Positions 1-9,266 of a DNA stretch of 64,000 bases are shown here, piece after piece. Position 1 is the stretch's first letter. Each line of letters opens with the position of its first letter. The position numbers and the translations under genes were made by a program. The stretch comes from Clostridiaceae bacterium (GTDB taxonomy: Bacteria; Bacillota; Clostridia; Saccharofermentanales; DTU023): contig DUPV01000042.1 in assembly GCA_012838135.1 (NCBI GenBank), positions 31,816 through 95,815 on the forward strand, read 5' to 3'. Below the pieces are notes generated by a model, which was not told the DNA's origin, did no database searches, and saw only the letters and a list, made by a program, of their open reading frames with translations.

Positions 1-599
1 TTTACCTTATTATCTGTAATAACACTCTTGTATTCTTTTTGATCTATTTCCAATAATATTGTTCCAGACTTTGAAGTAAAGATATTATTGACTTGCTCGT
101 TAAATTCCGCTTGTAATACTTTAGAAAAAATTGCTCTTGATAATTCCAGTGGAGTTATATCCATGATGGAAATAATCCTGTTATAAACATCGACATAATC
201 AATGTCAGTGAAAGCATCTTGCTCTTCTTCGAAACTACCATCAGAATCAACAGCAATTATATCTTTTAATTTCACATCATTAAATTTCTCTAATCCATTT
301 ATATCGATAAAATTCATAATTTCTTCAACAATGTTTTCAAAAATTAATCGAGTTTGATATCTGGAATAATTTAGATCATCGAAAGTTTCGCGAATTGCTT
401 TAAAAATTATTCTTTGAATACTTTCCTTTCGCTCCTTTTTTGTCTTTTGTTGAAAATCATGAAAACTTCTAAAAAATGCATATAAAGCCTTACTAACAGT
501 ACTTTTACCGGTGTCATTTTCACCGGCAATGATTGTTACTCCGTTAATCTTAATATCTGTATTTTTTATTTTTCCGATATTTTCTAAATAGAGTCTCAT
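1..599 (-). CDS. AAA-family ATPase (AAA_15/AAA_21-like), truncated by the window edge
   Basis: Not in the ORF track. Manual translation from ATG at 599 (RBS GGAG): MRLYLENIGKIKNTDIKINGVTIIAGENDTGKSTVSKALY, with Walker A GENDTGKS; open to position 1. Confidence 0.8.
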   Translation of the reverse strand, partial: MRLYLENIGKIKNTDIKINGVTIIAGENDTGKSTVSKALYAFFRSFHDFQQKTKKERKESIQRIIFKAIRETFDDLNYSRYQTRLIFENIVEEIMNFIDINGLEKFNDVKLKDIIAVDSDGSFEEEQDAFTDIDYVDVYNRIISIMDITPLELSRAIFSKVLQAEFNEQVNNIFTSKSGTILLEIDQKEYKSVITDNKV

Positions 600-840
600 A
601 TCCAAACTCCCTGCACAATCCGTATTCCATTTAAAATTAGTATATTAATATTAACATAAACTACTTTGAAACTTGATTTCATTTCTCATGTTTTCTGAAA
701 TAATTATGGTAAATACGAATAAAATTTGGAAAATACAAATTTATAAATCAAATCTATCAATTATTCATTATTTGAGTTATTTAACAACAAAACTAATAAT
801 GCGTTATAATCTATCTATATGATTTAATCGGGAGAGTGCC

Positions 841-2937
841 ATGAATAATACAATTGTCAATTCAAAAAAATTGGGCTATTTCCGAGTTGCAGGTGCCACT
901 CCGGAAATAAAAGTTGCCGATGTTGATTTTAATTTGAAAGAACATTTGCAATTAATAAGATTGGCTGAACAGGAGCAAATCGATCTTCTGGTTTTCCCTG
1001 ATTTTTCTTTAACTGGTGTTACTTGCCAAGATTTGTTCAAACAAGATATTCTACTGGAAAAAACCAAATCAGCTTTAGAAAAAATCAAAGTCGCTTTGGC
1101 TGAATCCAACGGATTCAATTTAAATATCATTATGACCATTCCGGAAAAAATTAACGGTAAGCTGGTTAAGGTTTTATATTTTTTGAATCACAATACGACA
1201 ATCAGAATTCTGGTGCCCGTTGAGAAATCCGCCAGTTTAAGGAAATTTTTTGCTTCGCAAGACGAATTGATCACTGAACCGACCGGCGAATATTTTCTGA
1301 TGAAATCTGAGAGTGTGCTTTTTTTGAAAAACAAGATCTCTGACATAAATTTCAGTTTAGGGATTTATCAAAGCATTGCAGATTTATACAAAAACCATGC
1401 AAATAAGATTTTAACGCCAAATATAAATGTTGTCATGTCGTCTTCTCATGAATTGATTGAAAATCAAACCGAAACCGAAAAATATCTCAGTTCTTTTGCC
1501 CAACTATCGCAAACGGGATTGATTTATTTAAGCCCCGGTTATGGTGAATCAACAACTGATCATATTTATTCCGGCCGCGGCTATATTTTTGAACAAGACC
1601 GTTTATTAGCAGCAACGACTCTTTATGAACCGGATTTAATGATCGGCGATCTTGATTTACAAATTGTAGTAAATTCAACTTCTTCAACTAGTCAAAGTTT
1701 CAATTATTGTGATAAAACTTCGAGCAATTTAACTTATGGAAAATCTCCAACCTGTTTAACCGGCAAGCCGATTATTTGTCTGGAGCTAAATGCAGTAAGC
1801 AAGCCGCTTAGACCATTAAAATCAAATCAAAATTTCAAATCCAGAAAAAATTCTTTGAATTCCGAATCAGCTGTCGGGCGGGAAAAGAATCGCGAACTCT
1901 ATCGTAAGTTCTCGGAAAATCCGTTTTTACCTGAAGACAGTAAACAGCATAAATCATATTTTGATTCGGTTTTGAACATGGCAGCTCAAGGTCTGCGCAA
2001 AAGACTTGAACATCTTAATAATCCGCAGATTATCTTGGGTTTGTCCGGTGGACTGGATAGCACACTGGCATTATTAATTGCAGTCCGTACCCAAAAAATT
2101 CTCAAAAAAAGCAATCAATATATTCTCTGTGTCAGTATGCCGGGATTCGGTACAACTGACAGAACTTATAACAATACAAAAAATTTGGCAGATGCCTGTA
2201 ATACAAATTATTTGGAAATTCCGATTACCGCTGCCGTAAAACAACATTTCAAAGACATCAATCATGATCCGAATCTGCATGATGTTACTTATGAAAATGC
2301 TCAAGCCCGGGAGAGAACCCAAATTTTGATGGATTTAGCGAATCAAAGAGGCGGCATCGTGCTGGGAACCGGTGATCTGTCGGAATCCGCCCTGGGTTTT
2401 GTCACCTATGCCGGTGACCATATATCAATGTACCATATCAATGGCGGAATCCCGAAAACCTTAATCCGCCACTTAATAGAATTCGAAGCGAAGAAATTTA
2501 TGGCAGAGAATCTAAATTCAAAACAAGAAAAACAAAGTGAAAATCTCGCAAAAATTTTATTTGATATTTTGGCAACTCCGATCAGTCCTGAACTTTTACC
2601 GCCTGAGCAAGGTCAGATAGCTCAACAAACCGAGCATCTGATCGGACCTTATGAATTGCATGATTTATTCCTTTATTATTTCATGCGCTATCAATTTACT
2701 CCGCGCAAAATTCTTTTTATTGCCGAGCAAACTTTTGGTAACAAGTATGACCGAATAACTATTATCAAATGGCTTAAGCTTTTTTATAAACGTTTGTTTG
2801 CAAATCAATTCAAACGTTCTGCCGCACCGGACGGACCGATTATCAGTCAAATCGCTCTATCCCCCAGACAAGGCTTTATTATGCCGAGCGATGCAGTTGC
2901 CAAATTATGGATCGAAGATTTGGAAAAAATAGAATAA
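841..2937 (+). CDS. nadE: NAD+ synthetase with a degenerate N-terminal nitrilase/glutaminase domain
   Basis: Synthetase motifs GLSGGLDSTLAL, YENAQARERT, GTGDLSE, PISPELLP, NQFKRS; N-terminus GYFRVAGATPEIKVADVDFN. Confidence 0.93.
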   Translation: MNNTIVNSKKLGYFRVAGATPEIKVADVDFNLKEHLQLIRLAEQEQIDLLVFPDFSLTGVTCQDLFKQDILLEKTKSALEKIKVALAESNGFNLNIIMTIPEKINGKLVKVLYFLNHNTTIRILVPVEKSASLRKFFASQDELITEPTGEYFLMKSESVLFLKNKISDINFSLGIYQSIADLYKNHANKILTPNINVVMSSSHELIENQTETEKYLSSFAQLSQTGLIYLSPGYGESTTDHIYSGRGYIFEQDRLLAATTLYEPDLMIGDLDLQIVVNSTSSTSQSFNYCDKTSSNLTYGKSPTCLTGKPIICLELNAVSKPLRPLKSNQNFKSRKNSLNSESAVGREKNRELYRKFSENPFLPEDSKQHKSYFDSVLNMAAQGLRKRLEHLNNPQIILGLSGGLDSTLALLIAVRTQKILKKSNQYILCVSMPGFGTTDRTYNNTKNLADACNTNYLEIPITAAVKQHFKDINHDPNLHDVTYENAQARERTQILMDLANQRGGIVLGTGDLSESALGFVTYAGDHISMYHINGGIPKTLIRHLIEFEAKKFMAENLNSKQEKQSENLAKILFDILATPISPELLPPEQGQIAQQTEHLIGPYELHDLFLYYFMRYQFTPRKILFIAEQTFGNKYDRITIIKWLKLFYKRLFANQFKRSAAPDGPIISQIALSPRQGFIMPSDAVAKLWIEDLEKIE

Positions 2938-3049
2938 TTTTAATATTTCGAATTAAGCAGTCCTTAGCAAGCTTTTAAAAATTAAACCTTTGAAAACAAC
3001 AATAAAAAACAACTAATCGCAACCATAAGTTTAGAAAAACAAAATTAAT

Positions 3050-3976
3050 ATGCCTGAATTACCTGAAGTAGAAACAATACGCAGAACTCTCATCGATAAG
3101 ATTCAAAATCAAATCATTGAAGAGATCATTTGCTATCACCCGGATGTACTAGTCAATCCCGATGACATCGCTTTGAAGAATTGGTTAATCAAAGATATTA
3201 GACGACGCGGAAAATATCTGTTATTTGATTTGGAAAAAGTAAAATCCGATACTTACGGCAATAATAATTCTGAAAATAGTCCTAATAATAATACCAATAT
3301 CTCAGACAATTACTATTCTGAAAGAATTCCGAATCATATCACCAAAAGTTCTTGCGTAATGATGATTCATTTAAGAATGACCGGAAAACTGTTATTGGAA
3401 GAAAACATTGTCGAACCGGCAAAACACACCCATGTGCGTTTTATTTTAAGCAATGGCGGAAGCCTTGATTTCAATGATACCAGACGCTTTGGCAGAGTTA
3501 CCTTATTTATTCCGGGTCACGAATTTAACGACCACGGTTTTGCAACGCTCGGGCCAGAGCCTTTAGGTGATGAATTCACCGCCGATTATTTAATTAAAAC
3601 TTGTATAAGATACGGTAAAAGTACGATCAAGGGTGTTTTGTTAAATCAAAAAGCGATTGCCGGTATAGGAAATATTTATGCCGATGAGAGTTTATTTCGT
3701 GCAGGAATTATGCCTGAGCGTAAAGCCGGCGAAATTTCACCAACTAAAATTATACTCTTACATCAAAAAATCCGCGAAGTGATTGCCGAAGCAATCGGAC
3801 ATCGCGGAACTTCATTTCGTGATTATGTTGACGGATTAGGCAATAAAGGTTTTTTCCAATTGCAACTTGCCGTTTATCAAAAAGACGGTAAACCTTGTCT
3901 TAATTGCGGTACTCCAATCGAAAAAATCAAAGTTTCAGGTCGCAGCACTCATTTTTGCCCTCACTGCCAAAAATAA
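3050..3976 (+). CDS. mutM: Formamidopyrimidine-DNA glycosylase
   Basis: MPELPEVET, RRGKYL, HLRMTG, GIGNIYADE, C-terminal CxxC...CPHCQ zinc finger. Confidence 0.97.
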   Translation: MPELPEVETIRRTLIDKIQNQIIEEIICYHPDVLVNPDDIALKNWLIKDIRRRGKYLLFDLEKVKSDTYGNNNSENSPNNNTNISDNYYSERIPNHITKSSCVMMIHLRMTGKLLLEENIVEPAKHTHVRFILSNGGSLDFNDTRRFGRVTLFIPGHEFNDHGFATLGPEPLGDEFTADYLIKTCIRYGKSTIKGVLLNQKAIAGIGNIYADESLFRAGIMPERKAGEISPTKIILLHQKIREVIAEAIGHRGTSFRDYVDGLGNKGFFQLQLAVYQKDGKPCLNCGTPIEKIKVSGRSTHFCPHCQK

Positions 3977-4100
3977 TTACTTCTGAATTCCGAGAATTCA
4001 CTGTTTTCTTGATCATTAGCTGTTCTTTCCGGTAATTAGTTATCTATTTCGATATAGAAATGAATTCAGCGAAAGGTCTATTGCGAATTCCGGTTGGTTA

Positions 4101-4478
4101 TTAATCCCGATAAGGTGCAATTTCGACCCAATATCCATCAGGATCTTCAATGAAATATATTCCCATACTTTCGTTTTCAAAAACTACTACACCTTGTTCT
4201 CTGTGAAAGGCTAAAGCTTTTTCATAGTCATGAGTTCTAAAGCAGAGATGAATTTCATTGTCTTCTAAGTCATATGGTTCTTTACGATCACGTAACCAGG
4301 TTATTTCCAACTCAAAATAATCATTCGCATCGGTATAATAAACTATGATATAACTTCCGTCTTTTGCTTCTTTTCTTCGGACTTCTTTTAAACCCAAATT
4401 CTCACGATAGAATTTATCTGATTTTTCCAAATCCATCGTATTAATATTCATATGTACCATTTTGAAATCTAAATCCAT
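4101..4478 (-). CDS. gloA: Lactoylglutathione lyase / VOC family protein
   Basis: HMNINTMDLEKSDKFY, ELEITW, HLCF, YFIEDPDGYWVEI; RBS GGAGG. Confidence 0.85.
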   Translation of the reverse strand: MDLDFKMVHMNINTMDLEKSDKFYRENLGLKEVRRKEAKDGSYIIVYYTDANDYFELEITWLRDRKEPYDLEDNEIHLCFRTHDYEKALAFHREQGVVVFENESMGIYFIEDPDGYWVEIAPYRD

Positions 4479-4821
4479 AAATTGACCTCCCCGTTTTGAT
4501 TAGTTTGTTATCCGATTCATTATTTAATTACAATTAATTATCTAATTATCTGAATTATCGCCTGTTATTATAATTAAATAATAACAAACGCTTTTGAAAA
4601 ATATTTATCCCTGAATATACTCATGAATGCTCCGAAAACATATACATTGATTAATATACATAATATTATAACAAAATCTTAGTCTGTTTTCAGTAACCGA
4701 AATCAGATGATAAATTTGCATTCTTTTTGATAATTATTAATGTTTAAATAACTTCTAATTCATATGTTAGAATATAGTTTAAAATAAACTAAAAAACTCT
4801 GAAAATCAGAAAGATTGCTAC

Positions 4822-6459
4822 ATGAAAGACAACATTAATCATAAGAAAAAGAAAAAGAAGAAAAAAAGCAACAACAGTAAAAACACTTTCTTGAAATCAT
4901 TAAAATCGAGAGTTGATAAAAGAGCATATGCAATAAAAATACCCGGAATGATCAGACTGGGATTTGTCCTTTTTTTTATTATTGCAATTATTGTGATTAA
5001 CGTTTTAATAGCCGTATACCTGAGTAAATCTGCTTTTTGGATTTATTTAGGACTTCAGGTTATCAGTATAATTTTTGTACTTTTTGTAATTCATCAAGAC
5101 CGCAACTCTTCATATGTCCTTGCTTGGGCAATTTTGATTCTGGCAGTTCCTGTTGCAGGATTAAGCATTTATTTGTTATGGGGCAGGCGTTCCAGATTTA
5201 AAAAAGAAAAAATTAAATTTGCAGAAATAGAAAATCGGATTAACCGATACATTGAACTTAAACCTCAATTATTAGATGCTTTGATCACCGAATATCCTGA
5301 AAGCAAGCTATTTGCTAACTTTTTATATAATGCGGGATTTCCTGTTTACCAAAATACTGTTTGTAAATATTATTCTTTAGGTGAAGACAAATTTGTTGAA
5401 ATGTTCGAAGATTTACGCAAGGCAAAAGACTTTATCTTTATGGAATATTTTATTTTGGCAGATGGTGTGATCTGGCAGGAAGTTGAAAATATTCTGATTC
5501 AAAAAGCACATGAAGGTGTCGATGTACGTTTGTTATTTGATGATTTCGGCAGTATTATCAAAGCACCAAATGATGTTATCAAAAAACTTCGATCCAATGG
5601 AGTAAAAGTTTATAATTTTAATCCGGTTTGGCGTTATGTTTCTAAACTTTATATCAACTATCGTAATCATCAAAAATGCTGCATTATTGACGGAAATCTC
5701 GCTTATACAGGTGGTACCAATTTAGCTGATGAATATGCAAATTTATATCCCCGTTTCGGACATTGGAAAGACTCGGCAATTCGTCTTGAAGGTGATGCTG
5801 TACGAGGTTTGACGACGATGTTTCTCATAATGTGGGAATTTGAAAGCAATATTCAGGAAAAAGACTATGAAAAATATATGCCGCGTGCTGAGTATTACCA
5901 AAATGCCAAGGGTTATTTTATCCCCTATTGGGATAGTCCGTTAAATAATCTTGACAATCCGGCCGAAGATATTTATCGTTCAATGATCAATAATGCAAAA
6001 GATTACCTTTATATTTGTACACCTTATTTTATTGTTGACGATTCTATGATTTCCGACATTTGTCGTGCGGCAAAATCGGGGGTTGATGTCAGGTTAATCA
6101 CACCGGGAATTCCGGATAAATGGTACGCTTACGTTGTAACACAATCCAATTATGCCAAGTTAATGGAATCAGGTGTTAAAGTTTTTCAATATAGTCCGGG
6201 TTTCATCCATGGCAAAACTGTAATTGCCGATGACTTTCATGCAATTACCGGTTGTGTAAATTTTGATTTTCGCAGTTTTCATTTACATTTTGAAAATTCA
6301 GTATATATTTGCGGTGATCCTGTACTGAGAGATATTTATGATGACTTACTCGATATCTTTAAAGATTGCGAACTAATGGATTTGGAAACTTGGCAACAAC
6401 GTCCGCTGAAGCAAAAAGCAATCGAAGCTTTTATGCGTATATTCTCTACTCTGCTCTGA
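4822..6459 (+). CDS. cls: Cardiolipin synthase
   Basis: N-terminal TM helices and two HKD motifs (NHQKCCIIDG, IHGKTVIADD). True start may be downstream of the poly-Lys run. Confidence 0.92.
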   Translation: MKDNINHKKKKKKKKSNNSKNTFLKSLKSRVDKRAYAIKIPGMIRLGFVLFFIIAIIVINVLIAVYLSKSAFWIYLGLQVISIIFVLFVIHQDRNSSYVLAWAILILAVPVAGLSIYLLWGRRSRFKKEKIKFAEIENRINRYIELKPQLLDALITEYPESKLFANFLYNAGFPVYQNTVCKYYSLGEDKFVEMFEDLRKAKDFIFMEYFILADGVIWQEVENILIQKAHEGVDVRLLFDDFGSIIKAPNDVIKKLRSNGVKVYNFNPVWRYVSKLYINYRNHQKCCIIDGNLAYTGGTNLADEYANLYPRFGHWKDSAIRLEGDAVRGLTTMFLIMWEFESNIQEKDYEKYMPRAEYYQNAKGYFIPYWDSPLNNLDNPAEDIYRSMINNAKDYLYICTPYFIVDDSMISDICRAAKSGVDVRLITPGIPDKWYAYVVTQSNYAKLMESGVKVFQYSPGFIHGKTVIADDFHAITGCVNFDFRSFHLHFENSVYICGDPVLRDIYDDLLDIFKDCELMDLETWQQRPLKQKAIEAFMRIFSTLL

Positions 6460-6484
6460 CTTTAGCTGAAAGGATCTTTTTATT

Positions 6485-7273
6485 TTGACAGATCAAGCAA
6501 ATCGAACTGATATACCCTTTTTCAATACACCTTTTGGACTGATTATTTATTTTTCAGAAAAAGAAGCTTCCGAAGATTCAGATAAAAAAGATCGTTTTTT
6601 TAATCTCTTAAATTTAGAAAAAATTCCTTTTTATCTGATTAAAAGCAAAGATTTTTCTTTGACCATTTTTCAAATTTTGTGTTCCTTGGAAAAAACAAAT
6701 CAGCAAACATTCCATTTTGAAAAAAACATCTCTAATTCTTGTGAATTTGAATATCAAAAAGAGTCAGGAATTGATCAAAATCTCCAATCGAAAGGTTGTG
6801 AGCAAAGTCCTATATCCAAGGCTTATCACAATATAAACCGACAAGATGATAACATTTTATTCTTTTCCGGTTTTTCACGTGATCAATTAGAAAACTTTTT
6901 AGAAAAAATTCGCGATGATAAATATCCAAGATTTCCATTAAAAGCAGTTGCTACCAAGAATAATTATAATTTTTCTTTTGATAAATTAATCAATGAACTC
7001 ACTCAAGACAGAATTGTAGTCTCTCATGTTATTAATTTGAGGAAGAGAATCAATGCCTTGACAAAACATTTAGCTGATAATAATACTCTTAACTCTCAGC
7101 AAAAAATATTATTAAAAAAAGAAATTGATCAAGCGGAGAATCTGCTAAAAGATGGCGAAACAAATTTTGACTTAGAGTTATTTCGAATTCAAATACAAAA
7201 ATTTAACTACCTTTTAGCAAAATTAAAACATGAGTATCAAGCAGAAAAACCTCAATTAGATAATACAGATTGA
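6485..7273 (+). CDS. DUF3783-containing protein
   Basis: LFFSGFSRDQLENFL...LKAVATKNNYNFSFDKLINEL resembles DUF3783. Confidence 0.65.
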   Translation: MTDQANRTDIPFFNTPFGLIIYFSEKEASEDSDKKDRFFNLLNLEKIPFYLIKSKDFSLTIFQILCSLEKTNQQTFHFEKNISNSCEFEYQKESGIDQNLQSKGCEQSPISKAYHNINRQDDNILFFSGFSRDQLENFLEKIRDDKYPRFPLKAVATKNNYNFSFDKLINELTQDRIVVSHVINLRKRINALTKHLADNNTLNSQQKILLKKEIDQAENLLKDGETNFDLELFRIQIQKFNYLLAKLKHEYQAEKPQLDNTD

Positions 7274-7342
7274 TAATTTAAGCAATCTCTATTAAAAGTT
7301 TTTATTATATTATTAAAAACTATATTTATAATATTCTAAAAG

Positions 7343-7463
7343 TTATTAACATTATTTCATAGACTTATTAACATTTTCAACGTGCTTTTCGCTTGATTTT
7401 TCCAATTATTATCAAGTTGTTAACACTATTAACATTTTATGCAAACATTTATATTGTTGAAAA
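7343..7463. promoter_or_regulatory. DnaA-box cluster upstream of dnaA (non-canonical)
   Basis: TTATTAACA at 7343 and 7365, TTGTTAACA at 7417, CTATTAACA at 7426, TTTTCAACA on the minus strand at 7455-7463. Confidence 0.7.
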
Positions 7464-7560
7464 AAATGAATTTTTTGCATTTTTTCTGTATTTTTAGAAC
7501 TTTTACCTGAGGTTTTTTTCTGTTAGTATAGTTTAACGACTAAGAAAAGAGGGAGGATAT

Positions 7561-8907
7561 ATGCAAGAACAAAACGCTCATGTTATTTGGAAAAATGTAT
7601 GTCAAGATTATCTCGAAAAAGAAGTGCCGACTCTCACATACACCACTTGGTTAAAGCCCATAACTCCCATACTATATAATGATGACACTTTTATTTTATC
7701 CGTACCGAATGAAATTTCACATGATTTTGTAGTTCAATATAAGGATATGATCGGCACCGCTTTAAAACTTGCAACACAAAAGACTTTTGATGTCAAAGTT
7801 GAAATTAATGCCAAGGAAAATTTACAAAATTTAAAACAAAACATTCTAACCAAAGAGGATGAAGAAGCATCTTATATTTCAAATGATGTATTAAATCCGG
7901 CTTACACATTTGAATCGTTTGTTGTAGGTTCAGGGAACCGTTTTGCTCATGCGGCTTGTGTTGCGGTTGCTTCTTTACAAAATAGCAAAAACTATAATCC
8001 TTTATTCCTTTATGGCGGTTCAGGTCTTGGCAAAACTCATTTAATGCATGCGATAGGAAATTATGTTCAGCAAAATTTTTCCGATAAGAATGTAATTTAT
8101 GTAAATTCTGAAAATTTTATTAATGAATTTATCGAAGCAATCAGGCTCAAAGAATTTGAACCTTTCCGCAATAAATACCGTATGACGGATTTATTGTTAA
8201 TTGATGATGTTCAATTCTTAGAGAATAAAGAGAGAATGCAGGAAGAATTTTTCCACACATTTAATGCTTTATATGAAGCGGGAAAAAACATCGTGATGAC
8301 CTGTGATAAACCGCCTCAATCTTTAATTACGCTTGAAGAAAGATTAAAAACCCGTTTTTCCAGCGGTATCACAATCGATATCAATCCACCGGATTATGAA
8401 ACAAGGATTGCCATTTTACTTCAATTGGCACAGACTCATCATGTTGATTGGCCGGATGAGGTTTTTGATTACATTGCAACTCATATTTCTTCAAATATTC
8501 GTGAACTTGAAGGGGCATTTAAAACTATTTATGCTTATTCAATGCTCGGTGGTGGAATTAATCTCGCTTCCACCAGAAATGCTTTGAAAGATCAAATTGA
8601 TCCTCGCTCGATTAAAAGTTTAAGTTCCGAACTAATCATGAATGTGACTGCTAATTATTTTAACGTAACCGTAGATGATCTGAAATCAAAAAAACGCAGT
8701 CAGGAAATAGTCCAGCCTCGTCAAATTTCTATGTACTTGTGTCGCAATTTGCTAAATATGACATATAAAGATATAGGCGATGATTTTGGCAATAAAAATC
8801 ATGCTACGGTAATGCATGCATGCGATAGAATTAAAGAAGAATTAGATAATAATTTAGAATTGGAAAATTCAATTAAAGAAATAAATTTACGCCTTTCTCC
8901 TATTTAA
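7561..8907 (+). CDS. dnaA: Chromosomal replication initiator DnaA
   Basis: YNPLFLYGGSGLGKTHL, LLLIDDVQF, NIRELEGA, domain IV HTH; RBS GGGAGGA. Confidence 0.99.
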   Translation: MQEQNAHVIWKNVCQDYLEKEVPTLTYTTWLKPITPILYNDDTFILSVPNEISHDFVVQYKDMIGTALKLATQKTFDVKVEINAKENLQNLKQNILTKEDEEASYISNDVLNPAYTFESFVVGSGNRFAHAACVAVASLQNSKNYNPLFLYGGSGLGKTHLMHAIGNYVQQNFSDKNVIYVNSENFINEFIEAIRLKEFEPFRNKYRMTDLLLIDDVQFLENKERMQEEFFHTFNALYEAGKNIVMTCDKPPQSLITLEERLKTRFSSGITIDINPPDYETRIAILLQLAQTHHVDWPDEVFDYIATHISSNIRELEGAFKTIYAYSMLGGGINLASTRNALKDQIDPRSIKSLSSELIMNVTANYFNVTVDDLKSKKRSQEIVQPRQISMYLCRNLLNMTYKDIGDDFGNKNHATVMHACDRIKEELDNNLELENSIKEINLRLSPI

Positions 8908-9266
8908 TTTTCCGGTTGTTTATCAACAAATTTATTATCAATTGTGTAAAACTAATTGTTAAAAAACATTAAATAATTGTTGATAAAAATTAGAATGTTG
9001 ATCATGTTAAAAACATAAAAATTATCAGCAAACAATTCACATCGTTTTTTACATCCAAAAAGATGACTATTTCAAAGCATTATGTAGGTTATCAACAGAA
9101 TTAACAGTATATAATAAGAGGATGAAGACTAATTAAGTAAATAGTATAATAATATTGTTAGAAAAAATTTTTCTAAATTCTCTTTTTAGAAAATAAATAA
9201 TTTGTAAAATTTTTTATTTTAATATTTAAAAATTATTGAAAAACTGTTTATCAGAAAGGAAAGTAT
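8908..9266. other. oriC (dnaA-dnaN intergenic): DnaA boxes, trio-like array, AT-rich unwinding region
   Basis: TTATCAACA at 8920, 8978 (minus strand) and 9089; tandem GAATTAACA at 9098; A every third base 9113-9131; very AT-rich 9140-9250. Confidence 0.85.

Noticed and set aside
6870-6887. TTTTTCACGTGATCAA as a third parS
   Set aside because: Several mismatches to the consensus; only the CACGTG core is symmetric.
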